A stretch of DNA of 64,000 nt, counting the filler, from Basidiobolus ranarum (lineage: Eukaryota): assembly GCA_040143965.1 (NCBI GenBank). It is 6 parts of 6 records of this genome, joined end to end, with 100 filler letters (N's around TTAATTAATTAA, not from the genome) between each part and the next. Parts side by side here need not be neighbours in the genome. Positions count along the whole stretch, not along the records: positions 1 to 10,689 come from JASJQH010000677.1; positions 10,790 to 21,470 come from JASJQH010000678.1; 4 more parts are not named here. One strand, written 5' to 3'. The position numbers were made by a program, and so were the translations under genes. Below, in pieces: positions 1-14,787 of the stretch. Each line of letters starts with the position of its first letter. Positions within the stretch are counted from its first letter, which is position 1. The notes beneath the pieces were generated by a model. The model did not search any database. It was not told the origin of the DNA and saw only the letters and a list, made by a program, of their open reading frames with translations.

Positions 1-736
1 AGTGATGGTATCATGTTGAAGAAAGCCTGTCTGGAAAGAGCAAGAATCGTCGGTAAGATCAAAGCTAACTTGTTCCTCTTCAGAGAGAGGAGAATGTCTT
101 GAATGCGAACGTGGTTGAGAACTACTACTATAATCGTCGTTGAAGGTACTCTCCATTGTCAGGTCAAAATCGACTTCTATTTGAGTATGTTCAAGGTTAC
201 GTTCGACGTATGAATTCGAAATGTTTTCGTCTATATACGAGTCAGTATGTCGACTCTTCAATGGAGATATATCAAGATCATATTTCTAAGAGAATTTTCG
301 TATGAGTAAGGTTGTATGGAAATTATTCTTTGACGGCTCCTATTATTTGAAACCCTTACCTTTGAAACATCGGCCGAGCTTTTTATATAACTTCTGGCAA
401 GACTATGGAACGTTATACCAAGAGAATTTAGTATTGAAAATAGTGAAATTCGATAATTTATGGAGAGAACTATTTTCACCTTCTAGACCAAGATGAGCTC
501 AACACCTCCTTTTCTAGCTTTTCCAAATCGTCCTCATCATCGGAGACCAAAAGTAAAGGTACAGGGCTTATCTGGTTCGCATTTGTATCAACTTTGATTT
601 TCCTAACTGTCTCAGGAATGATCCAATCTTCTTCCAGCAAAGATATGTTACGTGAACCAGAACTTTGAGGGGAATCCAAAACTATGACAGTATGTTCAGA
701 TATGTCAAGTGTGAGCTCTTTATCCATCAAACCCAT
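1..736 (-). CDS. 5' part of a multi-exon gene of unknown function (acidic/Ser-rich N-terminus), runs off the window start
   Basis: ORF MGLMDKELTLD...SSWSR can be spliced through two GT-AG introns (gtgaaa...ccatag; gtaagg...cttag) to exons reading LARSYIKSSADVSK and KYDLDISPLKSR...QHDTIT, open to position 1. No recognisable domain. Confidence 0.55.
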
Positions 737-1602
737 ATCTAGACTGAAAGTTATGAAGGTAACTACCAAGGCAAAAAAACCAACTCTATTGTACTATGGG
801 TTATTTTCTCTATCGCATGAAGTGTGGTTTTTTTTAGCCAACTGTTTGTTTATTATTATTACTACCTTTCAGATCAATTGGATTTATCAGACGATTGGTT
901 TTCGTATTAACGATACAGCTTAGTTAATTTGTATATCATTCTAAAATCCTTGTGGATTGCCCTCCCCCGTTCAAACACTTCATGAAACTGACCAAATCGA
1001 AAACACTATTACTGATTGGCTGCTGACTATCTAGGAGGTGAGACAGTTGTTGAGTTTTAGAATCGTATGAAATGATACCCAATCAAAGGTCACCTTAGCA
1101 TATTTCTAGTCCATAACCAATAGATCAATGTGGTAGAAGATGAATCACATATATTCAAATTATGGCTGATGCGGGAAGTTACTTCCATAGGGTTATTTGA
1201 AATATTTGTGTTAAAACTATATCTCGCATTCATACATTGAGAAAAGAAAGGAATGTTCCAACATATGACAATATGTCTATCAATTTCTAATACGGAAAAC
1301 TAGCCACACTCCCATAATAAAGAACCTCGCTATGGTCTAGTCTGGTGGCAAATATTTAGGTGTTATTTATACACGAGATATTCTTTTAGCTTTACCTAGA
1401 AAGAAGCTAATATCTCAGTAATTTAAAGGAACGACGAAGGAGAAGACTATAATTGGTAAGACAATACGGAAAGAAGGTAGTGGATAGGTTTAAGAGAAAG
1501 ATACCGGATTTCTAATAAGAAAACCAGACCAAGAGTCAAGTTTATGCTGTTATATTTGTATAGATGGAATTTAACCACTGATACAACGCGATGACTTCCA
1601 TA

Positions 1603-2694
1603 TTATACTACTTTAGAGAGCTCTTTGTTTTTCTTATCTGCAAAGTACTTTTTATGGAGGACTGGGGATATGGCCAGCAAAGAGGTTACGACGATTGTAG
1701 CTATGGTAGTGAGATTAAAGAAAGTGAGCTTCGTTCCCGCTGATAACTGATGCAGAGCTAGACCAGCTTGTACATGTAGATAGGATAATGGCCCAACTCC
1801 TAAAAAACATATTAATATAGCGATTTTGAGGAAAATATAAATGTAGAGAACTCAATGATTACCCAAAGCTGTTCCTAGGAAAAATGGCCAAACTGGAACT
1901 TCTAAATGTGGAGCTGCTATGTTGATGAACCAGTTTGGACAGATTGGTGCAATACGCAAAAACATAACAAAATTAAACAGATGGTCTCGTTCATCATAAA
2001 CCTAAATATTCTTTTAGCGTTGTACATGGCTCGAAAATTTGTCCCCACAAATTACCTTTGTTCGCCAATTTTCCAGTTTTGCGTTAAAGTAAGTTCGAAC
2101 TATATCTCTACCAACATAACGTGATAGTAAGTAGCAAAAAGTCGCACCAACCCCGGAACACTAAGGATGAGAGAATTTTTCATGGTTACATAAAAGGAAT
2201 GCATTTGTGTTTGATTTTGATGGAAAAAGTGTACCAAGCAAACTATGAACAATGCTAGCCATGGTGAAAAAAGAGCACCAGAGAGTACACTCAACCACAT
2301 ACTTCCAGGAACGGCAAACGCTTGTAAACTATATCAAAACAATATATTAACTCTAGTTCAGAAGGAGAAGCTATATTACACCATACACGCACTATATATA
2401 AAGAACCCCGAAGGCTAACATCACTTGCTCTTCATGTTTTTTCATAATTGAAGTTAACTCAACTGCCAGCTCTCGTAAATCCGATACATCTTTAGGCATT
2501 CTAAGTGAGTGCTGAAGGCTGAAGTAAGAAAAGATTAAATGTCGTTTTCCAATATTGGTAAATATGCGAATTTACCCTTGGTTGAGCACACATGTTTTCA
2601 ATACAACATATACAATTCCTGTCGACACTAGAAAGGCGGCTGCTAGAATGAGTAATGATTGTATATGATGCCGAATCGAAGATTTCGCTGCCAT
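1603..2694 (-). CDS. TMEM41: TMEM41/DedA (SNARE-associated/VTT domain) membrane protein, multi-exon
   Basis: Spliced translation MAAKSSIRHH...YLQAFAVPGSMWLSVLSGALF...GATFCYLLS...FLRIAPICPNWFINIAAPHLEVPVWPFFLGTALG...HVQAG. These are typical TMEM41 motifs. GT-AG introns; stop TAA at 1603-1605. Confidence 0.9.
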
Positions 2695-3339
2695 TTTATA
2701 TTTTTAGAAGTTAGACTTTTGAAATGGAAACTCTGCAGAACAAATAATATATCTAGTAGTAAGGGAAAGAAGCGGTAGTGGCTTAGTTAATAAGTGAATT
2801 TTTTTCTTTTCCACAGTGCAAAAATAACTTTGATAGAAAGCAATTTATTTATCCCTTCTTCCCCTACATCTGAAATATATTTTACTCCTAAATCACAAAA
2901 TTAAATCACATTTGGTTTAAATACATGCTCAGAAGTCGAGAGTGACATTACTAGCCAGCATCACTAAGCACATCTGATGATTCTGAATACCGTGCGAGGC
3001 ATTTGATCCAACAGTAAATGCATCGTACCGCTACTTTTGCTAGTCATAGACCTGTAGCTGTAGCACAACGTTTGGGTGATTAAATATACTCTACACTGGC
3101 CCTCATCTCAGGTCACCATGCCACCTGATTGCTACCCTCATCAAAAGAGAAGTGTAAAGCAAGTTTTACCTCATAGCCCTATGACTGATCATCTGAACCA
3201 GGGTCAATACCGGTGCATCTCAAAATACAACTGATGTGACCGGTGCGTTTGACATAGCTTGGCTTTAAATACTCTTTCACTGATTAGAAGGTTCTGGGCC
3301 AGATGGTTCGAGCTGTCTGGAAATAGAATCCGCAGAGAT

Positions 3340-3712
3340 ATCACGTGAACGGTTAGAAGATGAGGCTGAGTGATACGCAAACATCATCAAAGAAGGATCC
3401 AGAATTAATGCAGTGCAAGAGGAATCATCTCAACGGTCCACGTAAACATCTACAAATGCGATGAAATCAGCTAATTAACTTTCAATCAATGATGCATATC
3501 ATGACTCATGTGACCACATGCTACGTAATGTTAAGCCATAATTTACCTTGAAAAGAAGGTATCTACGACTTGCACCTGTGATGAACAGAAGTGAGACGAA
3601 ATTGGAACTAAATCCAGAATACGTAAACTAAAATGGTGACATTTTCCGTAGCCAACCTTAGAGGTGCCTCAATGGTTTCATCATGATTTTTTGGAAGAAA
3701 AGTATAAAGGGG
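3340..3712 (+). promoter_or_regulatory. Putative promoter of the Stf2-like gene with E-box, AP-1 site, TATA and STRE-like element
   Basis: TCACGTGA at 3341, ATGACTCAT at 3501, TATAAA at 3703, AGGGG at 3708. Confidence 0.4.
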
Positions 3713-3794
3713 CGAATGGGCCCGATCAATTCACTCAATCATCCTTCTAACAAGTATCTCCCAACAATCTATCACCGCACATCACTTCATTAAC

Positions 3795-4007
3795 ATGACT
3801 CCTCCCGAAAAAAAGAATACCGAACAGAGCAACCACGACCGCCATCTCTCTCGCAACGGTGCCCCCGTTGATCCTAAGTCTTTGAAGAAACAGGGTGCTG
3901 GCCGTGGCAACTGGGGATCCTATGAAGACGAAATCGAAGATGCCCTACATGATCCATCTGGTGAACAGAAGAACCCTAGCAAAATCAATGTTGTTCGTAA
4001 AGATTAA
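3795..4007 (+). CDS. Small hydrophilic Stf2/Tma10-like (HABP4/PAI-RBP1-like motif) protein, 70 aa
   Basis: Motif DRHLSRNG...KKQGAGRGNWGS..DEIED resembles the yeast Stf2/Tma10 KKxGxGxGNWG motif. TATAAA at 3703. Confidence 0.8.
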   Translation: MTPPEKKNTEQSNHDRHLSRNGAPVDPKSLKKQGAGRGNWGSYEDEIEDALHDPSGEQKNPSKINVVRKD

Positions 4008-5451
4008 GTTGAGCAGTCACAAAGTAATTGTAAACTCTTGTAAAAAGATCAACTTCGCGTCACATCCCTTTCACTTATGTGTACATTGAAGAAGTATTTG
4101 AACAGACTGTTAATTGAGTTATAATAAAATTATGTTCTACAGATTAGACCATTGCCAACGTTCACTTGATTACGTAGCTTGCCATTGGCAGTCATCATTA
4201 AAAACACTGGCAACTACGATGACGTGGTTATCTTAAAAGAGAGAGGAAGATATGCAGAATTGTTAAGAAAAAGTATGAAAGCCTTATAACTAATGTGCTC
4301 TCCCAGGATATGCCACCAGATTGACAATGTAACAGTCATTAGTTTTGGATATCTTCTGAACCCGGAGTTTAAACAATATTGATGAATGCTATCCATCCTA
4401 TAGCTTCATGGATTAAAGGAAGTCTTAATCTCTGGCAAATTTTGATCTATGCCACTTTCACAAAACAAGCAGAGATTATGACCGGACTTACGCAAAATTG
4501 TTGTTGGGCCTTTCAACTCAAAGCTATCGATAAAATTTGATCTCCATATTTGGCTTAACTTCATGTGTAAAATTAAATCTCAATATATACATGTATTTAA
4601 TTCTGTCGGAAAGATGTGTGATATTAGCTGTACGCTGCATCCAGACAAACACGCCAAAGTCCATTGAATTAGGGATAGGGCAAGTACGCTTGCATGACAA
4701 TACATGAAGTATATCTATACTACTGATATCAGCGTTCTGGTTTTGCAAATAGCACTTCTCGAATATTGAGTTACATCGTACGAAATAAATTTAGATTAAT
4801 TTCAGCATCAATTGATATTCGAGCTAGAGGAGCGATTGGCCCTATACGAGAACAATTCACAAGGCGGTAAAAGTAATTTCATGTAGTTGCATAAGAATAA
4901 ATGAAACAGGTTCTGTAAGTTTTCCGGTTCATAAATTAACGCCATGGGGTTAGTGTGTAGAACATATGCTCTACTATGGAGCATGTTAAAATTACTCAGT
5001 ACGATGCCGACCTAACCGTGTACTACATTAGCTAACAACTTTTCTACTTGTAAAAGAAAGTGTGTATTACACGGAGTTATAAGGAATATTAAGACCAGGT
5101 TTAAGCTTCACTAGAATTACCTTTCTCCTTCCGCGGCGAAACCATTTACAGAGGGCTGATAAATAATTAAATTCTCATATTTCTTCAGTAATCTCAAAAT
5201 ACTAAATAATACTGCAGTGCCAAATGAATCGCTTCTCTTGATATCTTGTATTTTTATTGATTCTTCAGAGTCTTAGTGCGACTAAGTGTGACCTTGAGTT
5301 GACTAATTAGTACAGTGAGGGAAATCCAAGATTTTCCGTGAATTCATATAAAAAGGACTTTCGAGTTTTCAAGGAACGACAGTTTCTACTAAGCAAGTCT
5401 TCTATCCTATCTCTTGAAGAGAATATTCTTTTACTTCTTATTATTTAAAAA

Positions 5452-6266
5452 ATGATCAGCATAAAATTACTTGGTACTGCTCTTACTGCCATGATGGTGC
5501 TCACCACTGTAACTGAAGCTCACTCATGGGTTGACTGTTTGGATTGGAGATTCAAGAACCCCTCAAAAAAGAGCTTTGACGATAATGCCGGCGATTGTTA
5601 CGGCTTTGCTCGTCGCTTCCCCGTGAAGCAAAAGGGTGGCAAATATATCGGCCCGTACGCCTTTGGCTCACTCGACTCTACTGCTGGTAGTCGTCACTAT
5701 AAGCAAGGTGAAAAAAGTCCCGGTATGTTAAAATTCCATTACATTAATAGTGATTGGATTCACCTTACGTTGACCTCTAGTAAAGCAATCTAACCATCAA
5801 TTTCCTTCCAACGATAGATTCCTGGCCTGCCTGTTCTACTGGAAAACGTTTTGGCAATGATGAAGAAATAGGTACTGACGAGACTCGTGCAAGTCCCATT
5901 ACTAAAGCTTATGGTAACAAGTGGGGTCCTATGACCGTTGCTAAGGCTGGACAACAGCTTTGTGTCCGTTGGCCCGCCAAGAATCACAAGAACGAGCCAA
6001 ATAACATTGTCTATATCAACATGTCTCCTTCTCCTCTCTCAAAGGATCCTACCCAAAAAGAATTAAACAAGTGGAACATTGCTAAACTTCAATTTGGCAA
6101 CTGCTTCTCGGGTGGATCGGATAAGGCACGTTGTGGTGGCTGCTTCACCGTCCCTAAAGATCGTAAGCCTGGAGACTACCTCATTCAATGGAGATGGATG
6201 CTTAAGGGCGATGACGGCAGAGGTGAATGGTACACTTCTTGCTCCGATGTTAAAGTCACCAAATAA
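5452..6266 (+). CDS. Secreted Cys-rich protein with N-terminal His, candidate LPMO-like/His-brace copper protein (paralog A, 239 aa; exons 5452-5722, 5818-6266)
   Basis: Signal peptide ends TEA|HSWVDC. Intron gtatgt...acgatag (5723-5817) joins the two ORFs in frame. Motifs WPAKNH, GDYLIQWRW, EWYTSCSDV; 8 Cys. Confidence 0.85.
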
Positions 6267-7291
6267 GCAGTTTGCTGCATCAATAATGGTTGTTGAATAC
6301 CTCTAGGCATTTAATTATTTTTTTGATTTCGAGTAGTCGGATTTGCATTCACATTCTCCCTTTGTCACATTAGCTTTTATTTAGTTTAATCTTAATTAGT
6401 AATTATTGAATTGGCAACTCCTCGATGAGGTATCACTTTATTGGAAGTTGAATAATTCGAATCAATATCAATCCAACGATGTGGCGAAATAAATGGTTAC
6501 CAACAAAGGAATAATTCTCCATCAGTCTCTTGACCTAACTGCAAGTAATCTCCTTTTTTTTCCTGTTATGACCATGATTGGCCAAACATGGGTAGTTAAT
6601 TACTCGATATGGCCAATCATTGAAATACTTGTTTACATACTGGCGGGGATAGTTCAGCCTACATATGGTGCTGCGATATGCAGGGCAAACAATATAGATT
6701 ATAGTTGGGGGCTTTAGAACGCTCGAGGAATGAGTATAGATTTGTAAACCCATCATTCATGTAGAAACCCAAACGATCTTAAAATATAGGCTAAAATATG
6801 TCGAATATGGATATACTCGTCTCACGTTACTTATGTGATGCTGATTCATGAATTCGAGAGTGACATGGGATTTGATTTTGAGCAAGAGAGAATTTCTATT
6901 GTGGCACTAGAAATGCTAGCTATACTTTAGCCAAAAGATGCGAGTAGTGAGCAATTGGACTTTTATATATCTACTTAGTAATTGAACTCGAACATATTTG
7001 ACAACGGACTTCATATCATACCGCTAACCCTCTTCAATACGAGAAAAAATACTTGAGAAAATTAAGTGTTGTTAGAAACTATTTTTTATTGCGACATAGA
7101 GATCAACTCAGTAATACAGTGAATATATCTTGCAGAATAACTGATGTAGAAATATAACATATACTTACGAATATTGAACAAACGAAAACTCGGGAAATAT
7201 GTAAAGTGATTTAGCGATGGATGAATATGTAATAGAACCAAGCAAAATTTGTGGATTAAACATCAAGCAGCTTATTCTCCATTATCTCCTC

Positions 7292-8502
7292 CTAATAGTT
7301 TACATTGCGACGAAGATTATACTGCGGGCGTTGTGCCATATAGGAGCGTTTGAAGTTACTATTGTCGTCATCTCCTTCATCACCATTGTCACCTCGACCG
7401 CCATGGTTATTACCCCTGTTGTTGCGATTTCTCCTACCACCATGGCGATTTCCTCTATCATCGTCTTCGGATGGGCGAGATGTAGGTTTTCCACGACGCG
7501 ATTTGGTGGTTGTGGGGGTTTCATCTCCATTATCTTCACCACCTCTAGTGGTAGTAGGGCTAGGAGAATCTCCCTCATCCCCCTTCTCTGTTGGTGTAGG
7601 TGATGGTGTTGATGTGGATGTCGCCTTTCCTCCATTCTTTGATGATGTGGTTGATGGATCTGTGATCACTACGGGACTATCGCCGCCTTTGCCACCACTG
7701 ATTCGAACATCCGAGCAGGATGTGTACCACTCGGGAACATTGTCCGAGCCATTCAATTTCCATCTCCATTGGATCAGGTAGTCTCCGGCACCTCGATTCT
7801 CAGGAATGGTGAAGCAGCCACCACAGCGAGCTTTATCTGAACCTCCAGAGAAGCAGTTGCCATAGTCCAACTTGGCAATGGTCCATTGGTTCAGTTGACG
7901 TTGAGTAGGATCTTGACTCATAGGAGTAGGTGGCATGTTGATGAACACTACATTATTGGGCTCATCTTTGTGGTTCTTGGCCGGCCAGCGAACACACAAT
8001 TGTTGTCCAGCTTTCGCTACTGTCATTGGGCCCCACTTATTCTGTCCGTAGGCTCCATCGATGGGGTTGGCCTTCGTTTCATCCGAGCCAACCTCTTCTC
8101 CTTCTCCTCCTTTGTATGGCTTACCGGTGGAGCAAGCAGGCCAGTCATCTAATGAAAAGTAAAGAAATGTTCAAATAATGTTTGTTAGTTAACCATTCTT
8201 TCAGTTTCCGATCCCCCCCTCATTAGTCACATACCTGGATTCTTCTCTGATTGTTTGTAGTGACGGTTGGGATCTACACTGTCCAAGGAGCCGAATTCGT
8301 ATTTAGGAGAAATTTGGCTACCACTGTACTTAACTGGGAAACGACGGGCATATCCGGCGCAAGAGCCGGCATTGTCATCGAAGCTCTGGCTGCCTCCATT
8401 GAATCTCCAATCCATACAATCAACCCAGGAGTGGGCTTCATTAAGGGCTGGCATCATCACGATGGTTGCCATTGAAGCGAGGATTAGCTTAGCGTTGACC
8501 AT
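7292..8502 (-). CDS. Secreted LPMO-like/His-brace candidate (paralog B, 374 aa; exons 8502-8235, 8148-7292) with disordered C-terminal tail
   Basis: Signal peptide ends NEA|HSWVDC. Intron lies at the same position as in paralog A and the domain motifs are shared. Followed by an S/T/P linker and an R/G/N/D-rich tail. Confidence 0.85.
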
Positions 8503-10689
8503 GTTGATTTTTCTGTTTGTTTAGCTGAGTAGTTCGTCAAGGAAGAGTGTGTAACGGAGTACTATGTAAGATAGTGGTATGTAGTTTTTGACTGTAACGT
8601 AAGATAACCTGTAGCTTGAGTAGTGTTGGATATGGCTGACCAGCGACCTGTTTCCTTAAGAAAGTATGAAAACGTAAACGTTATTTGATGCTCTTACTAT
8701 TAAGAGATACCTACTATATATACGATTTCGACACATGTTGCCGCACTCACAATCTTGATAAAACTCCAATAGATAAGCTTATCGAATAGCAAGAACTATT
8801 GTGTTAGCGCCTTTCAATATCCCCTCATTAAAGAAGTATACAACAGCTTTCTAAATATATTATGTTCCCTGATATCCTGACCGTATCAAACATCAATCAG
8901 ATCTAAATGCCATTGATAGTACCGGTTTTTCACCACCAAAAATGATCCATCAGGTACTCTACTTGGTTGCCACAATCCAATCAATCAGAAGGATTCCTAT
9001 TAAACAATAAATTTTCAATTTAAAAATTCCTAGGAAGCTTTCCTTAATTATCTGTTTTGCTGGTGAATTGTCCATCACCGTACGTCGTCCAAGTTTCTTA
9101 GAAGGACAACCAAAAGTATCTTCATGAACCTCTAACAGGATGCTTGGGCATATCCTGGGGCTCATATTCAGTTCGGGTCACTATTATGAGAATAATATTG
9201 TTGGCTTAACTCTTAATAAACCCATTCTAGTTGGTCATACGGATTTCTAAAAAGCAAACTTAATATAAAGGATCAGAAACATGTTACATAAGCTGGAGGG
9301 CTGATTTGAACATTGGGGGTTTGTTGCTCAGTTTACCAACTTCGGACTGAGATCAATAGAGTAAAAGCTTAATTACCTTTCATGGAAGCGGCCCTATTCC
9401 TAATCCATGTTAGCCTACCAATTCTATCAGGTATAAGAGACATATCGCATATGTGGTCTTAAAACCATTAAATTTGTGTAATGCTTAATTGATTATCGTC
9501 AGCATACCTACATCTAGATTTCAATGGTTAGAGTGCTATTCCACATTCTCTCCATTTCAAGTTTTGTGATACTGAAAATACCTCCAACTAATCTTTTGGC
9601 AAAAAAATACTGCTGTGCCAAATAGGGATTAAGGCATGCTCGTGATTGGTTGAAGAAAGTTCACCTCAATGGCTAATTCCTTGATATTGTGGTGATGGTT
9701 CATGGATTCCGACTTGGTCTGTTGATTGATTCCTCAGAACTCGGATCAGATATATTTGGTATCTCGTACTAGGTCGCCACATTCGACATCGAGTCAGCAG
9801 GCTATTGGAGCCACTACTCTATAAGATGACAACTTGCCATGTGCTCACAACATTGGCATGGATACAATGGACTAATGGAGAATCATCGGGTATAGGAGGC
9901 CAAAGAGATTTGGGAATTTGAATTAAAGGTAAGTACTGACAAGTATATTGTGAAACCCAAGCTTCCCTTTTTCCGACTGCAGTATTTTTAGTGGTTTTCT
10001 TTCAAAGTTCCCTAGCAATTGTGACTTCCTATTACAGTTACTTCTCATGATTTGCATACAGAAATTCGCTCAAAAGTTGATTAACTGATGGGGAATATAG
10101 TAACTGTTGGCAATTTAAATACCCCTATTCTTGCTCAAGGCCTAGTCATCTATTGTTAACCCTACCTTTAAAACTGATAACAAGGGCACAGAAAGAGATA
10201 TTATCTACGGTAATTTCTTAGTTTGGGTTCACTAAGTACATACTATAGGTAAGTGCTTCCCGTATTGCCGTAACGCATGTTGGAATACAGTGTTAGAATC
10301 GTTCCAAAATTATCCAATGGGACTGTAAGTTTTACGATTTAGCACATTGAAGTAATACAATATTCAAGAAAGGCAAGCGAGTAATACTAATAGTAAAGAC
10401 AAACCTATTTTTGTTGCCATCTGGAAATTACTTTGTTTATCCATGACCAAGTAATATGATCAGATTCTTTGTTTGAATGGTGAGTCTCACCGGTAAAGTA
10501 TCTGACTACTGCGTCCATCATGGAACTGATATATAAGTGTTAAAAAGTCTTGCTAGATACACATCAACCTGAATATTCGAATCACTTTCCTGGAACAAGG
10601 TCGCTGGTCAACCATATCCAACACTACTCAAGCTACAGGTTATCTTACGTTACAGTCAAAAACTACATACCACTATCTTGCATAGTACT

Positions 10690-10789
10690 NNNNNNNNNNN
10701 NNNNNNNNNNNNNNNNNNNNNNNNNNNNNNNNNTTAATTAATTAANNNNNNNNNNNNNNNNNNNNNNNNNNNNNNNNNNNNNNNNNNNN
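10690..10789. other. Artificial contig spacer
   Basis: N44 + TTAATTAATTAA (stops in all six frames) + N44. Confidence 0.97.
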
Positions 10790-11360
10790 ATAGATTTTTC
10801 AAAGAAGCCCCAAACTTTGCACACATGTTCCTGGGACCTTCCTTAACACATTCTACACGTTAGTTTGTTTACATCTTGACAAAACTATAAATATCAACTC
10901 AATAAGTGAAAACCACCAATTTCTCTAATTCTCCAAACCACTTCCAACAGGCTCCCAAATACTTTAACACAGACATGACATATCGTGTAGTTAACAAAAT
11001 ACTTGTGCATACAAAATGGTATCATGGTGACAAAAAGTGTAATAAACTGAACCCAGATTTACATCAAATGGATACTGGACATATTTGAGAGGTACGTAAC
11101 TAATACAGAATATACTATATGGTATTGATAGTGGAGTGTGGAAGCTTTTATGCTTGTTGCTATACATGAAGTGATATTTAGAGATTGTGAAAGATTATTG
11201 ATTGAGATACACATGATAGGATTAACAACACACCCACACTAAACTTGACTTGGGTGATCGAACAATAATTAGCTAGATGAAGCTAGGAATCTGAATGAGG
11301 CTCCAAAAGGAAGAAATGAGGTTTATTGAAAGTGGACCAAAGAGAATCAGTTAAATCTAA

Positions 11361-13011
<1,651 letters not shown>

Positions 13012-13323
13012 TAGGGGAAGTCGTATATTCCCTGTAGGAAAGTGTGACTTGGAAATTGGGTAGTATATTCTCTAGAAACAAAATTAAAACCTAAGATATG
13101 GGGGTTTGGAGTAATAGAAAATTTACTTGATATGTTTGATCTATCACTGGAAGAGACTATTGATTTTTATGTTCATATTCCGAGTGATCACTTCACCTCA
13201 CCTTTCCAATTTTAGATAACCTGTCAAAATATGGGACATATAGTTTCGGTCTCGACAAATTTATCTTCAAGTTTATTGTAAAATGCCAATTCAGTGGCTG
13301 ATTTTCAAAAGCTCACTCAACGA

Positions 13324-14787
13324 TTAGAGTCGACTTGACAGAGGCTCGAGTGACTTTTCGGCGCGCCTAAGAACCGTAAGCAACCCCTGTGCAGATCCCC
13401 AGCTACTTTGAAAGCCTAATAGAATTTCCAATGTTACTACACAGATGCAGGATACTCGCCAATATTTGTAATCTTACCAAAACCACCGTGTCCATAATTG
13501 TGGCACACAATAACAGGCTTTCCTTTGTATCCTTTGTACAACATTAATACAGGCAATGATTGTACTTGCTAGAAAATCAGTTACTTACTAGCTATCTCAC
13601 TGTCTAGACGAATACCCCCAATTCTAGTAGGCCTAAAGCCAACGCCATGTCTTATAATTTGAAGGTTTTTGATGTCATTATTTTTGGCAAGCGTGGGACA
13701 AAGTAACATGCACCTTTCAATGATTGCGTCTGCGGTCTCTTGATCAGGATTTTCATTCCTACAGATGCATCAGAATAATTCGATTGTCCATAATCAGAGT
13801 GTAAATGTAAATATTACCAATCGCTTGCCTGAGTTGTACCCCCAAGTGTAACTTCCCCATTCTTTCTCGGGATAATGTACGTGATATTATCCCGACCTAA
13901 GATAAATTGAATAATGACATTCTAGGAGTGAGATTCTACAATAAGATATGCTTTACCATGTTTTAAATAAACTTGCTGGATATGAGGAGCACGTACTAGG
14001 ACAACTTGTCCTCGTGTGGGATAGACAGATAAATCTTCAACTCCTCCCAAAGTACGAGCCAACAGGCCCGTACAATTAATGACTGCATGGATATTTTCAT
14101 CAAATGCGTCACTAATATTCTTTAATTTCTTGTTTACAGTCTTCCCACCTAACTTCTCAAATTCACTTAATAGCCACTTCAGGTAATCTGTTGTACTAAT
14201 CGTGGCTAAATAAAATTGATATTAGAAGAAACCAAGACAACAATAGAAGAGAATAACAAACCTGTAGTGTATGTGACGCCATATTCACAATTATCCGGTA
14301 ACTCGTTTTTAGCGAGAACTCTATACTGTGAACAAATTTAGTATGTTGCTTATACTTAATAGAACCCTAATATCCAACTGATATATACATTTGGACAAAA
14401 CTTTGAAAACCAAGGGGTCTCCCATCCTTGAGGTAGTTGTTCCCAGAAATTAGTCTCTTGTGTCATCATCACGCCAGTTTTAGGGTTTTTTGCCAAGTCT
14501 TGGAAAATTCCAAAAGAAATAGCATCGTATTCTATTAAAGCAAACAACCGATGAGTAAGCAAAAATATTAGAAAAGAGGTGAAGAATCACATACGCTGTG
14601 CTGAAATATCATTTGCGGCAGCAACACTACGCCAATGAGCACCTGCCCAAGGACTTGTATAATGCTGATGAAAATCACCGGGAAGATGCTCAGCAAGGAT
14701 AGTAACTTGATAGCCAGCTTTTTGTAAAAGGTAAGCTGAAGTTACTCCCACAACACCAGCACCAATAACTATAACCGAGTTTGACAT
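13324..14787 (-). CDS. DAO: D-amino acid oxidase (FAD-dependent), peroxisomal, multi-exon
   Basis: [13 protein letters not shown] motif, [53 protein letters not shown]-terminus SRL* (PTS1). Confidence 0.93.

Noticed and set aside
1603-2694. U12 introns in the TMEM41 gene
   Set aside because: Donors read gtaaat, gtgcgt, gtacac, gtaatt and gtaatc; none match RTATCCTT.
4214-4748. Short minus-strand ORFs with splice-like sites
   Set aside because: No splice combination gave a consistent long frame.
7217-8524. Overlapping antisense ORFs (128, 143, 88, 85 aa) over paralog B
   Set aside because: Shadow ORFs of a low-complexity, codon-biased gene; no independent features.
10734-10745. Palindromic TTAATTAATTAA recurring about every 10.7 kb as a biological repeat
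   Set aside because: Always embedded in N runs; a standard six-frame-stop linker.
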